This document shows positions 61,352 through 64,000 of a stretch of 64,000 nt of DNA, piece by piece. Made by a program: the position numbers and the translations under genes. The notes beneath the pieces were generated by a model. It did no database searches, had not been told where the DNA came from, and saw only the letters and a program-made list of their open reading frames with translations. Source of the stretch: an uncultured Verrucomicrobiota bacterium (lineage in GTDB: Bacteria; Verrucomicrobiota; Verrucomicrobiia; Methylacidiphilales; CAMAQI01); the NCBI GenBank assembly GCA_964555235.1, contig CAZKRU010000001.1:7915-71914 (forward strand), read 5' to 3'. Within the stretch, counting starts at the first letter, position 1, and the number at the start of each line of letters is the position of its first letter.

Positions 61352-62404
61352 ATGATCCTCTCCTTCTCACGCTCCTCGATGGTTTTAGGGGCGTGGTTTT
61401 GTCTCGGTTTCTCCGCACTCACCGCTCAAGGCGTCTTCGAGTCGATCGGGCAGGAAGTTAATAACCTCTTTGAAAAAGTAAAACCCTCCATCGTCAAAAT
61501 TCGCTCCGATAACGGTCTTCTCACGCTCGTCGGCAGCGGTTTTTATATTGATCAAAAGGGGACGATTTTAACCAGTGCCATGATTGTGGCTGACGATACC
61601 GCAACATCGGTGGAATTGGATGGAGTCAAGTTGGATGCACAGGTCATTGGAAAAGATGTTCGCAGCGGACTTGCCCTGCTCCGCGTTTATAATGATGGCA
61701 AAACTCCGTTTCTGACGTTTGGGAATTCCTCACAACTCAAACCGGCCACTGCCGTGGTCGGAGTCGGGTATCCCTACAATCTTCCCGTCGCCCCCAGCTT
61801 CGGACTCGTCGGCGGCTTTGATGTTCAATATCTCAACCGATTTTTTGCAACCACCCATATCCGCGTCAATCTCCCCATCAGCCCCGGTCAGGTCGGCGGC
61901 CCGCTCCTCAACACCAAGGGAGAAGTCATTGGGATTATGGTGATGTCCGTCGAAAATGGAAAATCCTGTTACGCCCTCCCTTCGCTCGCCGCACAAAAAA
62001 TTATCAACGAGCTCCAAACGACCGGAGCCGCACGGCAAGGCTGGGTCGGTGTCGGTGTTGCGGATCGGAACCCGGCGGAACCGAACCAAGGCGTCATGAT
62101 TTCAAAACTCTTCGATCACTCTCCTGCCCCGCAAAGCGGCCTTCAAATCGGTGACGTGCTTCTACGCATTGGCACCAAAGAAATCCGTCACCCATCCGAT
62201 GTCATCGATGTTTCATTCTTCAGTAAAGTTGGCGAGACCCTTCCAGTGGTCGTCTCTCGAAGTGGCAAGGTCATGAACTTCAAACTGGCCGTCCACGAAC
62301 GCCCGACCTCCCTCCCTGCGGTCATTCGCACGGAAAACCCGACTCCCGCCCCCTCCACGACTTCTCCGATCATTCGTCTGAATGACTCCACCCTCTCGCA
62401 CTAA
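61352..62404 (+). CDS. HtrA/DegS-like protein with PDZ domain, catalytic triad absent (pseudoprotease)
   Basis: The ORF runs 61325..62404. The preferred start is M10 (61352), giving signal peptide MILSFSRSSMVLGAWFCLGFSALTA. The trypsin-fold motifs read GSGFYIDQKGTILTSAMIV (His to Met), SGLALLRV (Asp to Gly) and ISPGQVGGPLL (Ser to Val). The PDZ region contains GLQIGDVLLRIG. Confidence 0.8.
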   Translation: MILSFSRSSMVLGAWFCLGFSALTAQGVFESIGQEVNNLFEKVKPSIVKIRSDNGLLTLVGSGFYIDQKGTILTSAMIVADDTATSVELDGVKLDAQVIGKDVRSGLALLRVYNDGKTPFLTFGNSSQLKPATAVVGVGYPYNLPVAPSFGLVGGFDVQYLNRFFATTHIRVNLPISPGQVGGPLLNTKGEVIGIMVMSVENGKSCYALPSLAAQKIINELQTTGAARQGWVGVGVADRNPAEPNQGVMISKLFDHSPAPQSGLQIGDVLLRIGTKEIRHPSDVIDVSFFSKVGETLPVVVSRSGKVMNFKLAVHERPTSLPAVIRTENPTPAPSTTSPIIRLNDSTLSH

Positions 62405-62471
62405 TCAAGACTGAAATTAAAAACCCTCTGTCTTCTCTGCGAACTCTGCGCGAGTAAAAGCATCGGGAGAT

Positions 62472-63014
62472 TTACGACATTCCGAGACGCTTTTTTCCCT
62501 CGGGAGAAATCATCGAAGGATTCCAGGCCGGCTCCCAAACGACTTCGACCTGTGCCTCCACAATTCCCGGCAACGTCAAAATTTTCTCGCGCGCATCCGC
62601 CGCAATCGCAGGCCCCATACCACACCCTTGCGCCGTCAGGGTCATCTTGACGTTCACTTGAATTCCTTTGTCTCCCGGATTCAACTCCAAACTGTAAATC
62701 AATCCGAGATCGACAATATTGACCGGAATTTCCGGATCGTAACAACTTTTCAACTGCTCCCAAATATCTTCTTCCTTCACCGCACCACTGGCGACGGGTG
62801 TCGAAGCGGAAACCTTTTCTTTTCCCAATGCATCTGCGTCCTGCCCGCTAATCCGATAAAGCCCCGGCTGCGTCGGAACCGTCACCGTATAGGAACCGCC
62901 AAGTCCTTGGGTAATCGTAACCGATGTTCCCGCAGGAAGTATCAACTTTTGACCGCTCGGAATTTGAATTACTTCAATTTCCCGACTCAACGCAATGGAT
63001 TCACCTGATGACAT
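62472..63014 (-). CDS. DUF59/MIP18-family Fe-S assembly protein (SufT-like)
   Basis: 180 aa with CYDPEIPVNIVDLGLIY and TLTAQGCGMG motifs. Confidence 0.8.
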   Translation of the reverse strand: MSSGESIALSREIEVIQIPSGQKLILPAGTSVTITQGLGGSYTVTVPTQPGLYRISGQDADALGKEKVSASTPVASGAVKEEDIWEQLKSCYDPEIPVNIVDLGLIYSLELNPGDKGIQVNVKMTLTAQGCGMGPAIAADAREKILTLPGIVEAQVEVVWEPAWNPSMISPEGKKRLGMS

Positions 63015-63169
63015 AAATCAATTCTCCTTGGCAGCGACCCTAACGGGCCTTGAAAACAAATGCAATGCGAACCCTTGAAGGAACTGTGGTTAAAAACTCA
63101 AAAATCACTCTCTATCAAAAACTTTGAACATTTTCTCTCCCCCTCCTGTCTAACCTTTTGTCTATTATT

Positions 63170-63239
63170 AGCGGATGCCTGTTTTCCTCCTTGGGGCTTG
63201 GTGGCCTCATCCTCCTTAAACAGGCATCCGCTCTTTTTT
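63170..63239 (+). terminator. Orphan intrinsic-terminator-like hairpin (15-bp perfect stem + T6) just upstream of the last ORF
   Basis: AGCGGATGCCTGTTT (63170-84) pairs with AAACAGGCATCCGCT (63218-32) and is followed by CTTTTTT. The 33-nt loop carries two TCCTCCTT repeats. No plus-strand gene lies upstream. Confidence 0.45.
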
Positions 63240-63278
63240 ACCATGGCACTTTTAAAATTCTGCGCTAAGTTTATCTCC

Positions 63279-64000
63279 ATGAGGGACTTCCTTCTTTTAC
63301 TACTTCTCAGTTCCAGCCTTGCCTGGAGCGCGGATGAGTCCTCCAAAGCCACCCCTTCGGAAAAGTCCGAAAAAGAGAAAAACTGGCTTCAAGAGACCCT
63401 CAAAGACCAACAACAAATGAGGGAGTCCCGTCAGGCTACTATGGACGAAAAGAAAAACCCGTACGAATCCCTGAGTAATACCAAAGAAGAGGGCCGACCG
63501 GTTTCGCTGTTAGATCGAAAAGAAAAAGCCCCTGCTCCAAAAACTCTCCCTACAAAATCTTCTGAGACAAGCCTCCGCGCGGATCCGCGAACTCCGAGCA
63601 CCTACCGTCCAGCCATTTCTGGTTTCTCCAAGTTTTCGTCCGCCCCCCTACACGACTCACCCGATCGAAAAGAATCCAATCCTCCAAGAAGCTCCGATTT
63701 AGCCAACGATCCATCCAACTCCGCACTCGATCCCCAAAATCCCTTCCAAATCCGGAAACCCCAGGAACTTTCCAATCAACTCAATACCCGGCGCGATAAT
63801 TTGAAGTTAGAAAATGCAGTGAATGTTCCACCTCCCACCCAGAATCTAGATCCCAACAATCCCTACACCCGCAATCCGCTTGATCCGAAAGAGCGACAAA
63901 ACTCCGGAAATTTTAATAGTGATCGATTCACTTCCGTCAACATTACCCCGAGCACGCTCCCCAACCAGCATTCCATCAATTCTCCCTCAGCCCCCAAACC
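63279..64000 (+). CDS. Secreted low-complexity (P/S/N/K-rich) protein, 5' part (continues beyond window)
   Basis: The frame is open from 63243 to the window end. The preferred start at 63279 gives signal peptide MRDFLLLLLLSSSLAWSA. The ORF has no stop in the window, so it is absent from the ORF track. Confidence 0.6.
   Translation, partial: MRDFLLLLLLSSSLAWSADESSKATPSEKSEKEKNWLQETLKDQQQMRESRQATMDEKKNPYESLSNTKEEGRPVSLLDRKEKAPAPKTLPTKSSETSLRADPRTPSTYRPAISGFSKFSSAPLHDSPDRKESNPPRSSDLANDPSNSALDPQNPFQIRKPQELSNQLNTRRDNLKLENAVNVPPPTQNLDPNNPYTRNPLDPKERQNSGNFNSDRFTSVNITPSTLPNQHSINSPSAPK

Noticed and set aside
1-64000. CRISPR arrays, rRNA genes, phage structural or conjugation modules, and reverse transcriptase/DGR elements.
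   Set aside because: I saw no short regularly spaced direct repeats, no rRNA-like segments and no ORFs with the corresponding motifs. The only regular repeats are the gene-scale duplications described above.

Overview
Gene-dense window with about 50 supportable CDS and 1 tRNA. It reads like a PVC-group (Verrucomicrobiota-like) polysaccharide degrader. That assignment is an inference from prepilin-type N-termini, a beta-strand-repeat autotransporter and the sulfatase/CAZyme load.

Left third (1-17.7 kb, all minus strand): a tandem array of ~900-aa secreted paralogs, each with two CBM-like beta-sandwich repeats and a clan GH-A-like TIM barrel. There are 5 long copies and 2 truncated remnants. 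A GC-rich esterase insertion interrupts the array, and an S8 protease and an SGNH esterase follow it. These transcription units share a conserved promoter/operator-like motif.

Middle (19.5-58.2 kb): a putative ~38.7-kb island bounded by an exact 20-bp direct repeat of the 3' end of tRNA-Cys(GCA). A tyrosine recombinase and an excisionase-like gene sit at the tRNA end. Nucleotidyltransferase (NTase)-fold toxin-antitoxin/defence-like modules cluster at the far end: two inside the island and a third copy just outside it. The cargo is an autotransporter, an orphan minor-pseudopilin operon with a 1271-aa GspK-like protein, 2 sulfatases, a GH16 pair (one copy lacks the catalytic motif), NIF3, a LacI regulator, GH130, an MFS/enolase-superfamily/esterase/GH operon, a second S8 protease, a GH36 raffinose-synthase-like enzyme and another GH-A paralog. 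Island transcription units carry a recurrent TTATCATATGATAAT palindrome.

Right end: arsC plus an aquaglyceroporin, an ECF sigma/anti-sigma pair with an HtrA-like protein lacking all three catalytic residues, a DUF59/SufT-like gene and a partial secreted protein.

The most novel-looking items are the duplicated 79-aa + 202-aa NTase cassette straddling the island boundary, the att/arm-repeat architecture, and the structured non-coding 20.6-21.9 kb segment. All family calls come from motif reading by eye; no searches were run.
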